The notes under the pieces were generated by a model, which worked only from the letters and a program-made list of their open reading frames with translations, was not told where the DNA came from and searched no databases. The position numbers and the translations under genes are program-made. A stretch of 64,000 nucleotides of DNA. Source: Eledone cirrhosa (lineage: Eukaryota). How positions within the stretch are numbered: position 1 is the stretch's first letter; every line of letters begins with the position of its first letter. The stretch covers positions 13,702,001 to 13,766,000 of the forward strand of contig OZ024742.1 in NCBI GenBank assembly GCA_964016885.1, read 5' to 3'. Positions 15,001-30,000 of the stretch are shown one piece after another.

Positions 15001-18000
15001 GTCAGTCTATCTCCTGTTTGATCCAGCCTCATATCTTGACTTGGTCATTCTATGACGGTATATTGGTCAGTCTATCACCTGTTTGACCCAGCCTCATATC
15101 TTGACTTGGTCATTCCATGAGAGTATCTTGGTCAGTCTATCACCTGTTCCACCCAGCCTCATATCTTGACTTGGTCATTCCATGACAGTATCTTGGTCAG
15201 TCTATCACCTGTTTGACCCAGCCTCATATCTTGACTTGGTCATTCCATGACAGTATCTTGGTCAGTCTATCTCCTGTTTGACCCAGCCTCATATCTTGAC
15301 TTGGTCATTCCATGACAGTATCTTGGTCAGTCTATCACATGTTTGACCCAGCCTCATATCTTTATTTGGTCATTCCATGACAGTATCTTGGTCAGTCTAT
15401 CACCTGTTCCACCCAGCCTCATATCTTGACTTGGTCATTCCATGACACTATCTTGGTCAGTCTATCACCTGTTTGACCCAGCCTTATATCTTGACTTGGT
15501 CATTCCATGACAGTATCTTGGTCAGTCTATCACCTGTTTGACCCAGCCTCATATCTTGACTTGGTCATTCCATGACAGTATCTTGGTCAGTCTATCACAT
15601 GTTTGACCCAGCCTCATATCTTGATTTGGTCATTCCATGACAGTATCTTGGTCAGTCTATCACCTGTTCCACCCAGCCTCATATCTTGACTTGGTCATTC
15701 CATGACAGTATCTTGGTCAGTCTATCACCTATTCCACCCAGCCTCATATCTTGATTTGGTCATTCCATGACAGTATCTTGGTCAGTCTATCACCTGTTTG
15801 ACACAGCCTCATATCTTGATTTGGTCATTCCATGACAGTATCTTGGTCAGTCTATCACCTGTTTGACCCAGCCTCATATCTTGACTTGGTCATTCCATGA
15901 CAGTATCTTGGTCAGTCTATCACCTGTTTGACCCAGCCTCATATCTTGACTTGGTCATTCGATGACAGTATCTTGGTCAGTATATCACCGGTTTGACCCA
16001 GCCTTATATCTTGACTTGGTCATTCCATGACAGTATCTTGGACAGTCTATCACCTGTTTGACCCAGCCTCGTATCTTGACTTGGTCATTCCATGACAGTA
16101 TCTGGGTCAGTATATCTCCTGTTCCACCCAGCCTCATATCTTGACTTGGTCATTCCATGACAGTATCTTGGTCAGTCTATCACCTGTTTGACCCAGCCTC
16201 ATATCCTGACATGGACATTCCATGACAGTATCTTGGTCAGTCTATCACCTGTTCCACCCAGCCTCATATCTTGACTTGGTCATTCCATGACAGTATCTAG
16301 GTCAGTCTATCACCTGTTTGACCCAGCCTTATATCTTGACTTGATCATTCCATGACAGTATCTTGGTCAGTTTATCACCTGTTTGACCCAGCCTCATATC
16401 CTGACTTGTTCATTCCATGACAGTATCTTGGTCAGTCTATCACCTGTTCCACCCAGCCTCATAACTTGACTTGGTCATTCCATGACAGTATCTTGGTCAG
16501 TGTATCACCTGTTTGACCCAGCCTTATATCTTGACTTGGTCATTCCATGACAGTATCTTGGTCAGTTTATCACCTGTTTGACCGAGCCTCATATCTTGAC
16601 TTGGTCATTCCATGACAGTATCTTGGTCAGTCTATCACCTGTTTGACCCAGCCTCATATCTTGACTTGGTCATTCCATGACAGTATCTTGGTCAGTCTAT
16701 CACCTGTTTGACCAAGCCTCATATCTTGACTTGGTCATTCCATGACAGTATCTTGGTCAGTCTATCTCCTGTTTGACCCAGCCTCATATCTTGACTTGGT
16801 CATTCCATGACGGTATATTGGTCAGTCTATCACCTGTTTGACCCAGCCTCATATCTTGACTTGGTCATTCCATGACAGTATCTTGGTCAGTCTATCACCT
16901 GTTCCACCCAGCCTCATATCTTGACTTGGTCATTCCATGACAGTATCTTGGTCAGTCTATCACCTGTTTGACCCAGCCTCATATCTTGATTTGGTCATTC
17001 CATGACAGTATCTTGGTCAGTCTATCACCTGTTCCACCCAGCCTCATATCTTGACTTGGTCATTCCATGACAGTATCTTGGTCAGTCTATCACATGTTTG
17101 ACCCAGCCTCATATCTTGACTTGGTCATTCCATGACAGTATCTTGGTCAGTCTATCACATGTTTGACCCAGCCTCATATCTTTATTTGGTCATTCCATGA
17201 CAGTATCTTGGTCAGTCTATCACCTGTTCCACCCAGCCTCATATCTTGACTTGGTCATTCCATGACAGTATCTTGGTCAGTCTATCACCTGTTTGACCCA
17301 GCCTTATATCTTGACTTGGTCATTCCATGACAGTATCTTGGTCAGTCTATCACCTGTTTGACCCAGCCTCATATCTTGACTTGGTCATTCCATGACAGTA
17401 TCTTGGTCAGTCTATCACATGTTTGACCCAGCCTCATATCTTGATTTGGTCATTCCATGACAGTATCTTGGTCAGTCTATCACCTGTTCCACCCAGCCTC
17501 ATATCTTGACTTGGTCATTCCATGACAGTATCTTGGTCAGTCTATCACCTATTCCACCCAGCCTCATATCTTGATTTGGTCATTCCATGACAGTATCTTG
17601 GTCAGTCTATCACCTGTTTGACACAGCCTCATATCTTGATTTGGTCATTCCATGACAGTATCTTGGTCAGTCTATCACCTGTTTGACCCAGCCTCATATC
17701 TTGACTTGGTCATTCGATGACAGTATCTTGGTCAGTATATCACCGGTTTGACCCAGCCTTATATCTTGACTTGGTCATTCCATGACAGTATCTTGGACAG
17801 TCTATCACCTGTTTGACCCAGCCTCGTATCTTGACTTGGTCATTCCATGACAGTATCTTGGTCAGTCTATCACCTGTTTGACCCAGCCTCATATCCTGAC
17901 ATGGACATTCCATGACAGTATCTTGGTCAGTCTATCACCTGTTCCACCCAGACTCATATCTTGACTTGGTCATTCCATGACAGTATCTAGGTCAGTCTAT

Positions 18001-21000
18001 CACCTGTTTGACCCAGCCTTATATCTTGACTTGATCATTCCATGACAGTATCTTGGTCAGTTTATCACCTGTTTGACCCAGCCTCATATCCTGACTTGTT
18101 CATTCCATGACAGTATCTTGGTCAGTCTATCACCTGTTCCACCCAGCCTCATAACTTGACTTGGTCATTCCATGACAGTATCTTGGTCAGTGTATCACCT
18201 GTTTGACCCAGCCTTATATCTTGACTTGGTCATTCCATGACAGTATCTTGGTCAGTTTATCACCTGTTTGACCCAGCCTCATATCTTGACTTGGTCATTC
18301 CATGACAGTATCTTGGTCAGTCTATCACCTGTTTGACCCAGCCTCATATCTTGACTTGGTCATTCCATGACAGTATCTTGGTCAGTCTTTCACCTGTTTG
18401 ACCAAGCCTCATATCTTGACTTGGTCATTCCATGACAGTATCTTGGTCAGTCTATCTCCTGTTTGACCCAGCCTCATATCTTGACTTGGTCATTCCATGA
18501 CGGTATATTGGTCAGTCTATCACCTGTTTGACCCAGCCTCATATCTTGACTTGGTCATTCCATGACAGTATCTTGGTCAGTCTATCACCTGTTCCACCCA
18601 GCCTCATATCTTGACTTGGTCATTCCATGACAGTATCTTGGTCAGTCTATCACCTGTTTGACCCAGCCTCATATCTTGATTTGGTCATTCCATGACAGTA
18701 TCTTGGTCAGTCTATCACCTGTTCCACCCAGCCTCATATCTTGACTTGGTCATTCCATGACAGTATCTTGGTCAGTCTATCACCTGTTTGACCCAGCCTT
18801 ATATCTTGACTTGGTCATTCCATGACAGTATCTTGGTCAGTCTATCACCTGTTTGACCCAGCCTCATATCTTGACTTGGTCATTCCATGACACTATCTTG
18901 GTCAGTCTATCACATGTTTGACCCAGCCTCATATCTTGATTTGGTCTTTCCATGACAGTATCTTGGTCAGTCTATCACCTGTTCCACCCAGCCTCATATC
19001 TTGATTTGGTCATTCCATGACAGTATCTTGGTCAGTCTATCACCTGTTTGACACAGCCTCATATCTTGATTTGGTCATTCCATGACAGTATCTTGGTCAG
19101 TCTATGACATGTTCCACCCAGCCTCATATCTTGACTTGGTCATTCCAAGACAGTATCTTGGTCAGTCTATCACCTGTTTGACCCAGCCTCATATCTTGAC
19201 TTGATCATTCCATGACAGTATCTTGGTCAGTCTATCACCTGTTTGACCAGGCCTCATATCTTGACTTGGTCATTCCATGACAGTATCTTGGTCAGTCTAT
19301 CTCCTGTTTGACCCAGCCTCATATCTTGACTTGGTCATTCTATGACGGTATATTGGTCAGTCTATCACCTGTTTGACCCAGCCTCATATCTTGACTTGGT
19401 CATTCCATGAGAGTATCTTGGTCAGTCTATCACCTGTTCCACCCAGCCTCATATCTTGACTTGGTCATTCCATGACAGTATCTTGGTCAGTCTATCACCT
19501 GTTTGACCCAGCCTCATATCTTGACTTGGTCATTCCATGACAGTATCTTGGTCAGTCTATCTCCTGTTTGACCCAGCCTCATATCTTGACTTGGTCATTC
19601 CATGACAGTATCTTGGTCAGTCTATCACATGTTTGACCCAGCCTCATATCTTGATTTGGTCATTCCATGACAGTATCTTGGTCAGTCTATCACCTGTTCC
19701 ACCCAGCCTCATATCTTGACTTGGTCATTCCATGACAGTATCTTGGTCAGTCTATCACCTGTTTGACCCAGCCTTATATCTTGACTTGGTCTTTCCATGA
19801 CAGTATCTTGGTCAGTCTATCACCTGTTTGACCCAGCCTCATATCTTGACTTGGTCATTCCATGACAGTATCTTGGTCAGTCTATCACATGTTTGACCCA
19901 GCCTCATATCTTGATTTGGTCATTCCATGACAATATCTTGGTCAGTCTATCACCTGTTCCACCCAGCCTCATATCTTGACTTGGTCATTCCATGACATTA
20001 TCTTGGTCAGTCTATCACCTATTCCACCCAGCCTCATATCTTGACTTGGTCATTTCATGACAGTATCTTGGTCAGTCTAGCACCTGTTTGACCCAGCCTC
20101 ATATCTTGACTTGGTCATTCCATGACAGTATCTTGCTCAGTCTATCACCTGTTCCACCCAGCCACATATCTTGACTTGGTCATTCCATGACAGTATCTTG
20201 GTCAGTCTATCACCTGTTTGACCCAGCCTCATATCTTAACTTGGTCATTCCATGACAGTATCTTGGTCAGTCTATCTCCTGTTTGACCCAGCCTTATATC
20301 TTTACTTGGTCATTCCATGAGAGTATCTTCGTCAGTTTATCACCTGTTCCACCCAGCCTCATATCTTGTCTTGGTCATTCCTTGAGAGTATCTTGGTCAG
20401 TCTGTCACCTGTTTGACCCAGCCTCATATCTTGACTTGGTCATTCCATGACAGTATCTTGGTCAGTCTATCACCTGTTTGACCCAGCCTCATATCTTGAC
20501 TTGGTCATTCCATGGGAGTATCTTGGTCAGTCTATCTCCTGTTTGACCCAGCCTTATATCTTGACTTGGTCATTCCATGAGAGTATCTTGGTCAGTCTAT
20601 GAAGGGTTCACCTGTTTGACTTGGTCATTCCATGAGAGTATCTTGGTCAGTTTATCACCTGTTCCACCCAGCCTCATATCTTGTCTTGGTCATTCCTTGA
20701 GAGTATCTTGGTCAGTCTATGAAGGGTTCACCTGTTTGACTTGGTCATTCCATGACAGTATCTTGGTCAGTCTATCACCTGTTTGACCCAGCCTCATATC
20801 TTGACTTGGTCATTCCATGACAGTATCTTGGTCAGTCTGTCACCTGTTTGACCCAGCCTCATATCTTGACTTGGTCATTCCATGATAGTATCTTGTTCAG
20901 TCTATCACCTGTTCCACCCAGCCTCATATCTTGATTTGGTCATTCCTTGAGAGTATCTTGGTCAGTCTATCACCTGTTTGACCCAGCCTCATATCTTGAC

Positions 21001-24000
21001 TTGGTCATTCCATGACAGTATCTTGGTCAGTCTATCTCCTGTTTGACCCAGCCTTATATCTTGACTTGGTCATTCCATGACAGTATCTTGGTCAGTCTAT
21101 CTCCTGTTTGACCCAGCCTTATATCTTGACTTGGTTATTCCATGACAGTATCTTGGTCAGTCTATCACATGTTCCACCCAGCCTCATATCTTGACTTGGT
21201 CATTCCATGACAGTATCTTGGTCAGTCTATCACCTGTTTGACCCAGCCTCATATCTTAACTTGGTCATTCCATGACAGTATCTTGGTCAGTCTATCTCCT
21301 GTTTGACCCAGCCTTATATCTTTACTTGGTAATTGCATGAGAGTATCTTGGTCAGTTTATCACCTGTTCCACCCAGCCTCATATCTTGTCTTGGTCATTC
21401 CTTGAGAGTATCTTGGTCAGTCTGTCACCTGTTTGACCCAGCCTCATATCTTGACTTGGTCATTCCATGACAGTATCTTGGTCAGTCTATCACCTGTTTG
21501 ACCCAGCCTCATATCTTGACTTGGTCATTCCATGAGAGTATCTTGGTCAGTCTATGAAGGGTTCACCTGTTTGACTTGGTCATTCCATGAGAGTATCTTG
21601 CTCAGTTTATCACCTGTTCCACCCAGCCTCATATCTTGTCTTGGTCATTCCTTGAGAGTATCTTGGTCAGTCTATGAAGGGTTCACCTGTTTGACTTGGT
21701 CATTCCATGACAGTATCTTGGTCAGTCTATCACCTGTTTGACCCAGCCTCATATCTTGACTTGGTCATTCCATGGGAGTATCTTGGTCAGTCTATCTCCT
21801 GTTTGACCCAGCCTTATATCTTGACTTGGTCATTCCATGAGAGTATCTTGGTCAGTCTATGAAGGGTTCACCTGTTTGACTTGGTCATTCCATGAGAGTA
21901 TCTTGGTCAGTTTATCACCTGTTCCACCCAGCCTCATATCTTGTCTTGGTCATTCCTTGAGAGTATCTTGGTCAGTCTATGAAGGGTTCACCTGTTTGAC
22001 TTGGTCATTCCATGACAGTATCTTGGTCAGTCTATCACCTGTTTGACCCAGCCTCATATCTTGACTTGGTCATTCCATGACAGTATCTTGGTCAGTCTGT
22101 CACCTGTTTGACCCAGCCTCATATCTTGACTTGGTCATTCCATGATAGTATCTTGTTCAGTCTATCACCTGTTCCACCCAGCCTCATATCTTGATTTGGT
22201 CATTCCTTGAGAGTATCTTGGTCAGTCTATCACCTGTTCCACCCAGCCTCATATCTTGACTTGGTCATTCCATGACAGTATCTAGGTCAGTCTATCACAT
22301 GTTTGACCCAGCCTTATATCTTGACTTGGTCATTCCATGAGAGTATCTTGGTCAGTTTATCACCTGTTTGACCCAGCCTCATATCTTGACTTGGTCATTC
22401 CATGACAGTATCTTGGTCAGTCTATCACCTGTTTGACCCAGCCTCATATCTTGACTTGGTCATTCCATGACAGTATCTTGGTCAGTCTATCACCTGTTTG
22501 ACCAAGCCTCATATCTTGACTTGGTCATTCCATGACAGTATCTTGGTCAGTCTATCTCCTGTTTGACCCAGCCTCATATCTTGACTTGGTCATTCCATGA
22601 CGGTATATTGGTCAGTCTATCACCTGTTTGACCCAGCCTCATATCTTGACTTGGTCATTCCATGACAGTATCTTGGTCAGTCTATCACCTGTTCCACCCA
22701 GCCTCATATCTTGACTTGGTCATTCCATGACAGTATCTTGGTCAGTCTATCACCTGTTTGACCCAGCCTCATATCTTGATTTGGTCATTCCATGACAGTA
22801 TCTTGGTCAGTCTATCACCTGTTCCACCCAGCCTCATATCTTGACTTGGTCATTCCATGACAGTATCTTGGTCAGTCTATCACCTGTTTGACCCAGCCTT
22901 ATATCTTGACTTGGTCATTCCATGACAGTATCTTGGTCAGTCTATCACCTGTTTGACCCAGCCTCATACCTTGACTTGGTCATTCCATGACAGTATCTTG
23001 GTCAGTCTATCACATGTTTTACCCAGCCTCATATCTTGATTTGGTCATTCCATGACAGTATCTTGGTCAGTCTATCACCTGTTCCACCCAGCCTCATATC
23101 TTGACTTGGTCATTCCATGACAGTATCTTGTTCAGTCTATCACCTATTCCACCCAGCCTCATATCTTGATTTGGTCATTCCATGACAGTATCTTGGTCAG
23201 TCTATCACCTGTTTGACACAGCCTCATATCTTGATTTGGTCATTCCATGACAGTATCTTGGTCAGTCTATGACATGTTCCACCCAGCCTCATATCTTGAC
23301 TTGGTCATTCCAAGACAGTATCTTGGTCAGTCTATCACCTGTTTGACCCAGCCTCATATCTTGACTTGATCATTCCATGACAGTATCTTGGTCAGTCTAT
23401 CACCTGTTTGACCAAGCCTCATATCTTGACTTGGTCATTCCATGACAGTATCTTGGTCAGTCTATCTCCTGTTTGATCCAGCCTCATATCTTGACTTGGT
23501 CATTCTATGACGGTATATTGGTCAGTCTATCACCTGTTTGACCCAGCCTCATATCTTGACTTGGTCATTCCATGAGAGTATCTTGGTCAGTCTATCACCT
23601 GTTCCACCCAGCCTCATATCTTGACTTGGTCATTCCATGACAGTATCTTGGTCAGTCTATCACCTGTTTGACCCAGCCTCATATCTTGACTTGGTCATTC
23701 CATGACAGTATCTTGGTCAGTCTATCTCCTGTTTGACCCAGCCTCATATCTTGACTTGGTCATTCCATGACAGTATCTTGGTCAGTCTATCACATGTTTG
23801 ACCCAGCCTCATATCTTTATTTGGTCATTCCATGACAGTATCTTGGTCAGTCTATCACCTGTTCCACCCAGCCTCATATCTTGACTTGGTCATTCCATGA
23901 CAGTATCTTGGTCAGTCTATCACCTGTTTGACCCAGCCTTATATCTTGACTTGGTCATTCCATGACAGTATCTTGGTCAGTCTATCACCTGTTTGACCCA

Positions 24001-27000
24001 GCCTCATATCTTGACTTGGTCATTCCATGACAGTATCTTGGTCAGTCTATCACATGTTTGACCCAGCCTCATATCTTGATTTGGTCATTCCATGACAGTA
24101 TCTTGGTCAGTCTATCACCTGTTCCACCCAGCCTCATATCTTGACTTGGTCATTCCATGACAGTATCTTGGTCAGTCTATCACCTATTCCACCCAGCCTC
24201 ATATCTTGATTTGGTCATTCCATGACAGTATCTTGGTCAGTCTATCACCTGTTTGACACAGCCTCATATCTTGATTTGGTCATTCCATGACAGTATCTTG
24301 GTCAGTCTATCACCTGTTTGACCCAGCCTCATATCTTGACTTGGTCATTCCATGACAGTATCTTGGTCAGTCTATCACCTGTTTGACCCAGCCTCATATC
24401 TTGACTTGGTCATTCGATGACAGTATCTTGGTCAGTATATCACCGGTTTGACCCAGCCTTATATCTTGACTTGGTCATTCCATGACAGTATCTTGGACAG
24501 TCTATCACCTGTTTGACCCAGCCTCGTATCTTGACTTGGTCATTCCATGACAGTATCTGGGTCAGTATATCTCCTGTTCCACCCAGCCTCATATCTTGAC
24601 TTGGTCATTCCATGACAGTATCTTGGTCAGTCTATCACCTGTTTGACCCAGCCTCATATCCTGACATGGACATTCCATGACAGTATCTTGGTCAGTCTAT
24701 CACCTGTTCCACCCAGCCTCATATCTTGACTTGGTCATTCCATGACAGTATCTAGGTCAGTCTATCACCTGTTTGACCCAGCCTTATATCTTGACTTGAT
24801 CATTCCATGACAGTATCTTGGTCAGTTTATCACCTGTTTGACCCAGCCTCATATCCTGACTTGTTCATTCCATGACAGTATCTTGGTCAGTCTATCACCT
24901 GTTCCACCCAGCCTCATAACTTGACTTGGTCATTCCATGACAGTATCTTGGTCAGTGTATCACCTGTTTGACCCAGCCTTATATCTTGACTTGGTCATTC
25001 CATGACAGTATCTTGGTCAGTTTATCACCTGTTTGACCGAGCCTCATATCTTGACTTGGTCATTCCATGACAGTATCTTGGTCAGTCTATCACCTGTTTG
25101 ACCCAGCCTCATATCTTGACTTGGTCATTCCATGACAGTATCTTGGTCAGTCTATCACCTGTTTGACCAAGCCTCATATCTTGACTTGGTCATTCCATGA
25201 CAGTATCTTGGTCAGTCTATCTCCTGTTTGACCCAGCCTCATATCTTGACTTGGTCATTCCATGACGGTATATTGGTCAGTCTATCACCTGTTTGACCCA
25301 GCCTCATATCTTGACTTGGTCATTCCATGACAGTATCTTGGTCAGTCTATCACCTGTTCCACCCAGCCTCATATCTTGACTTGGTCATTCCATGACAGTA
25401 TCTTGGTCAGTCTATCACCTGTTTGACCCAGCCTCATATCTTGATTTGGTCATTCCATGACAGTATCTTGGTCAGTCTATCACCTGTTCCACCCAGCCTC
25501 ATATCTTGACTTGGTCATTCCATGACAGTATCTTGGTCAGTCTATCACATGTTTGACCCAGCCTCATATCTTGACTTGGTCATTCCATGACAGTATCTTG
25601 GTCAGTCTATCACATGTTTGACCCAGCCTCATATCTTTATTTGGTCATTCCATGACAGTATCTTGGTCAGTCTATCACCTGTTCCACCCAGCCTCATATC
25701 TTGACTTGGTCATTCCATGACAGTATCTTGGTCAGTCTATCACCTGTTTGACCCAGCCTTATATCTTGACTTGGTCATTCCATGACAGTATCTTGGTCAG
25801 TCTATCACCTGTTTGACCCAGCCTCATATCTTGACTTGGTCATTCCATGACAGTATCTTGGTCAGTCTATCACATGTTTGACCCAGCCTCATATCTTGAT
25901 TTGGTCATTCCATGACAGTATCTTGGTCAGTCTATCACCTGTTCCACCCAGCCTCATATCTTGACTTGGTCATTCCATGACAGTATCTTGGTCAGTCTAT
26001 CACCTATTCCACCCAGCCTCATATCTTGATTTGGTCATTCCATGACAGTATCTTGGTCAGTCTATCACCTGTTTGACACAGCCTCATATCTTGATTTGGT
26101 CATTCCATGACAGTATCTTGGTCAGTCTATCACCTGTTTGACCCAGCCTCATATCTTGACTTGGTCATTCCATGACAGTATCTTGGTCAGTCTATCACCT
26201 GTTTGACCCAGCCTCATATCTTGACTTGGTCATTCGATGACAGTATCTTGGTCAGTATATCACCGGTTTGACCCAGCCTTATATCTTGACTTGGTCATTC
26301 CATGACAGTATCTTGGACAGTCTATCACCTGTTTGACCCAGCCTCGTATCTTGACTTGGTCATTCCATGACAGTATCTGGGTCAGTATATCTCCTGTTCC
26401 ACCCAGCCTCATATCTTGACTTGGTCATTCCATGACAGTATCTTGGTCAGTCTATCACCTGTTTGACCCAGCCTCATATCCTGACATGGACATTCCATGA
26501 CAGTATCTTGGTCAGTCTATCACCTGTTCCACCCAGACTCATATCTTGACTTGGTCATTCCATGACAGTATCTAGGTCAGTCTATCACCTGTTTGACCCA
26601 GCCTTATATCTTGACTTGATCATTCCATGACAGTATCTTGGTCAGTTTATCACCTGTTTGACCCAGCCTCATATCCTGACTTGTTCATTCCATGACAGTA
26701 TCTTGGTCAGTCTATCACCTGTTCCACCCAGCCTCATAACTTGACTTGGTCATTCCATGACAGTATCTTGGTCAGTGTATCACCTGTTTGACCCAGCCTT
26801 ATATCTTGACTTGGTCATTCCATGACAGTATCTTGGTCAGTTTATCACCTGTTTGACCCAGCCTCATATCTTGACTTGGTCATTCCATGACAGTATCTTG
26901 GTCAGTCTATCACCTGTTTGACCCAGCCTCATATCTTGACTTGGTCATTCCATGACAGTATCTTGGTCAGTCTATCACCTGTTTGACCAAGCCTCATATC

Positions 27001-30000
27001 TTGACTTGGTCATTCCATGACAGTATCTTGGTCAGTCTATCTCCTGTTTGACCCAGCCTCATATCTTGACTTGGTCATTCCATGACGGTATATTGGTCAG
27101 TCTATCACCTGTTTGACCCAGCCTCATATCTTGACTTGGTCATTCCATGACAGTATCTTGGTCAGTCTATCACCTGTTCCACCCAGCCTCATATCTTGAC
27201 TTGGTCATTCCATGACAGTATCTTGGTCAGTCTATCACCTGTTTGACCCAGCCTCATATCTTGATTTGGTCATTCCATGACAGTATCTTGGTCAGTCTAT
27301 CACCTGTTCCACCCAGCCTCATATCTTGACTTGGTCATTCCATGACAGTATCTTGGTCAGTCTATCACCTGTTTGACCCAGCCTTATATCTTGACTTGGT
27401 CATTCCATGACAGTATCTTGGTCAGTCTATCACCTGTTTGACCCAGCCTCATATCTTGACTTGGTCATTCCATGACACTATCTTGGTCAGTCTATCACAT
27501 GTTTGACCCAGCCTCATATCTTGATTTGGTCTTTCCATGACAGTATCTTGGTCAGTCTATCACCTGTTCCACCCAGCCTCATATCTTGATTTGGTCATTC
27601 CATGACAGTATCTTGGTCAGTCTATCACCTGTTTGACACAGCCTCATATCTTGATTTGGTCATTCCATGACAGTATCTTGGTCAGTCTATGACATGTTCC
27701 ACCCAGCCTCATATCTTGACTTGGTCATTCCAAGACAGTATCTTGGTCAGTCTATCACCTGTTTGACCCAGCCTCATATCTTGACTTGATCATTCCATGA
27801 CAGTATCTTGGTCAGTCTATCACCTGTTTGACCAGGCCTCATATCTTGACTTGGTCATTCCATGACAGTATCTTGGTCAGTCTATCTCCTGTTTGACCCA
27901 GCCTCATATCTTGACTTGGTCATTCTATGACGGTATATTGGTCAGTCTATCACCTGTTTGACCCAGCCTCATATCTTGACTTGGTCATTCCATGAGAGTA
28001 TCTTGGTCAGTCTATCACCTGTTCCACCCAGCCTCATATCTTGACTTGGTCATTCCATGACAGTATCTTGGTCAGTCTATCACCTGTTTGACCCAGCCTC
28101 ATATCTTGACTTGGTCATTCCATGACAGTATCTTGGTCAGTCTATCTCCTGTTTGACCCAGCCTCATATCTTGACTTGGTCATTCCATGACAGTATCTTG
28201 GTCAGTCTATCACATGTTTGACCCAGCCTCATATCTTGATTTGGTCATTCCATGACAGTATCTTGGTCAGTCTATCACCTGTTCCACCCAGCCTCATATC
28301 TTGACTTGGTCATTCCATGACAGTATCTTGGTCAGTCTATCACCTGTTTGACCCAGCCTTATATCTTGACTTGGTCTTTCCATGACAGTATCTTGGTCAG
28401 TCTATCACCTGTTTGACCCAGCCTCATATCTTGACTTGGTCATTCCATGACAGTATCTTGGTCAGTCTATCACATGTTTGACCCAGCCTCATATCTTGAT
28501 TTGGTCATTCCATGACAATATCTTGGTCAGTCTATCACCTGTTCCACCCAGCCTCATATCTTGACTTGGTCATTCCATGACATTATCTTGGTCAGTCTAT
28601 CACCTATTCCACCCAGCCTCATATCTTGACTTGGTCATTTCATGACAGTATCTTGGTCAGTCTAGCACCTGTTTGACCCAGCCTCATATCTTGACTTGGT
28701 CATTCCATGACAGTATCTTGCTCAGTCTATCACCTGTTCCACCCAGCCACATATCTTGACTTGGTCATTCCATGACAGTATCTTGGTCAGTCTATCACCT
28801 GTTTGACCCAGCCTCATATCTTAACTTGGTCATTCCATGACAGTATCTTGGTCAGTCTATCTCCTGTTTGACCCAGCCTTATATCTTTACTTGGTCATTC
28901 CATGAGAGTATCTTCGTCAGTTTATCACCTGTTCCACCCAGCCTCATATCTTGTCTTGGTCATTCCTTGAGAGTATCTTGGTCAGTCTGTCACCTGTTTG
29001 ACCCAGCCTCATATCTTGACTTGGTCATTCCATGACAGTATCTTGGTCAGTCTATCACCTGTTTGACCCAGCCTCATATCTTGACTTGGTCATTCCATGG
29101 GAGTATCTTGGTCAGTCTATCTCCTGTTTGACCCAGCCTTATATCTTGACTTGGTCATTCCATGAGAGTATCTTGGTCAGTCTATGAAGGGTTCACCTGT
29201 TTGACTTGGTCATTCCATGAGAGTATCTTGGTCAGTTTCTCACCTGTTCCACCCAGCCTCATATCTTGTCTTGGTCATTCCTTGAGAGTATCTTGGTCAG
29301 TCTATGAAGGGTTCACCTGTTTGACTTGGTCATTCCATGACAGTATCTTGGTCAGTCTATCACCTGTTTGACCCAGCCTCATATCTTGACTTGGTCATTC
29401 CATGACAGTATCTTGGTCAGTCTGTCACCTGTTTGACCCAGCCTCATATCTTGACTTGGTCATTCCATGATAGTATCTTGTTCAGTCTATCACCTGTTCC
29501 ACCCAGCCTCATATCTTGATTTGGTCATTCCTTGAGAGTATCTTGGTCAGTCTATCACCTGTTTGACCCAGCCTCATATCTTGACTTGGTCATTCCATGA
29601 CAGTATCTTGGTCAGTCTATCTCCTGTTTGACCCAGCCTTATATCTTGACTTGGTCATTCCATGACAGTATCTTGGTCAGTCAATCTCCTGTTTGACCCA
29701 GCCTTATATCTTGACTTGGTTATTCCATGACAGTATCTTGGTCAGTCTATCACATGTTCCACCCAGCCTCATATCTTGACTTGGTCATTCCATGACAGTA
29801 TCTTGGTCAGTCTATCACCTGTTTGACCCAGCCTCATATCTTAACTTGGTCATTCCATGACAGTATCTTGGTCAGTCTATCTCCTGTTTGACCCAGCCTT
29901 ATATCTTTACTTGGTAATTGCATGAGAGTATCTTGGTCAGTTTATCACCTGTTCCACCCAGCCTCATATCTTGTCTTGGTCATTCCTTGAGAGTATCTTG

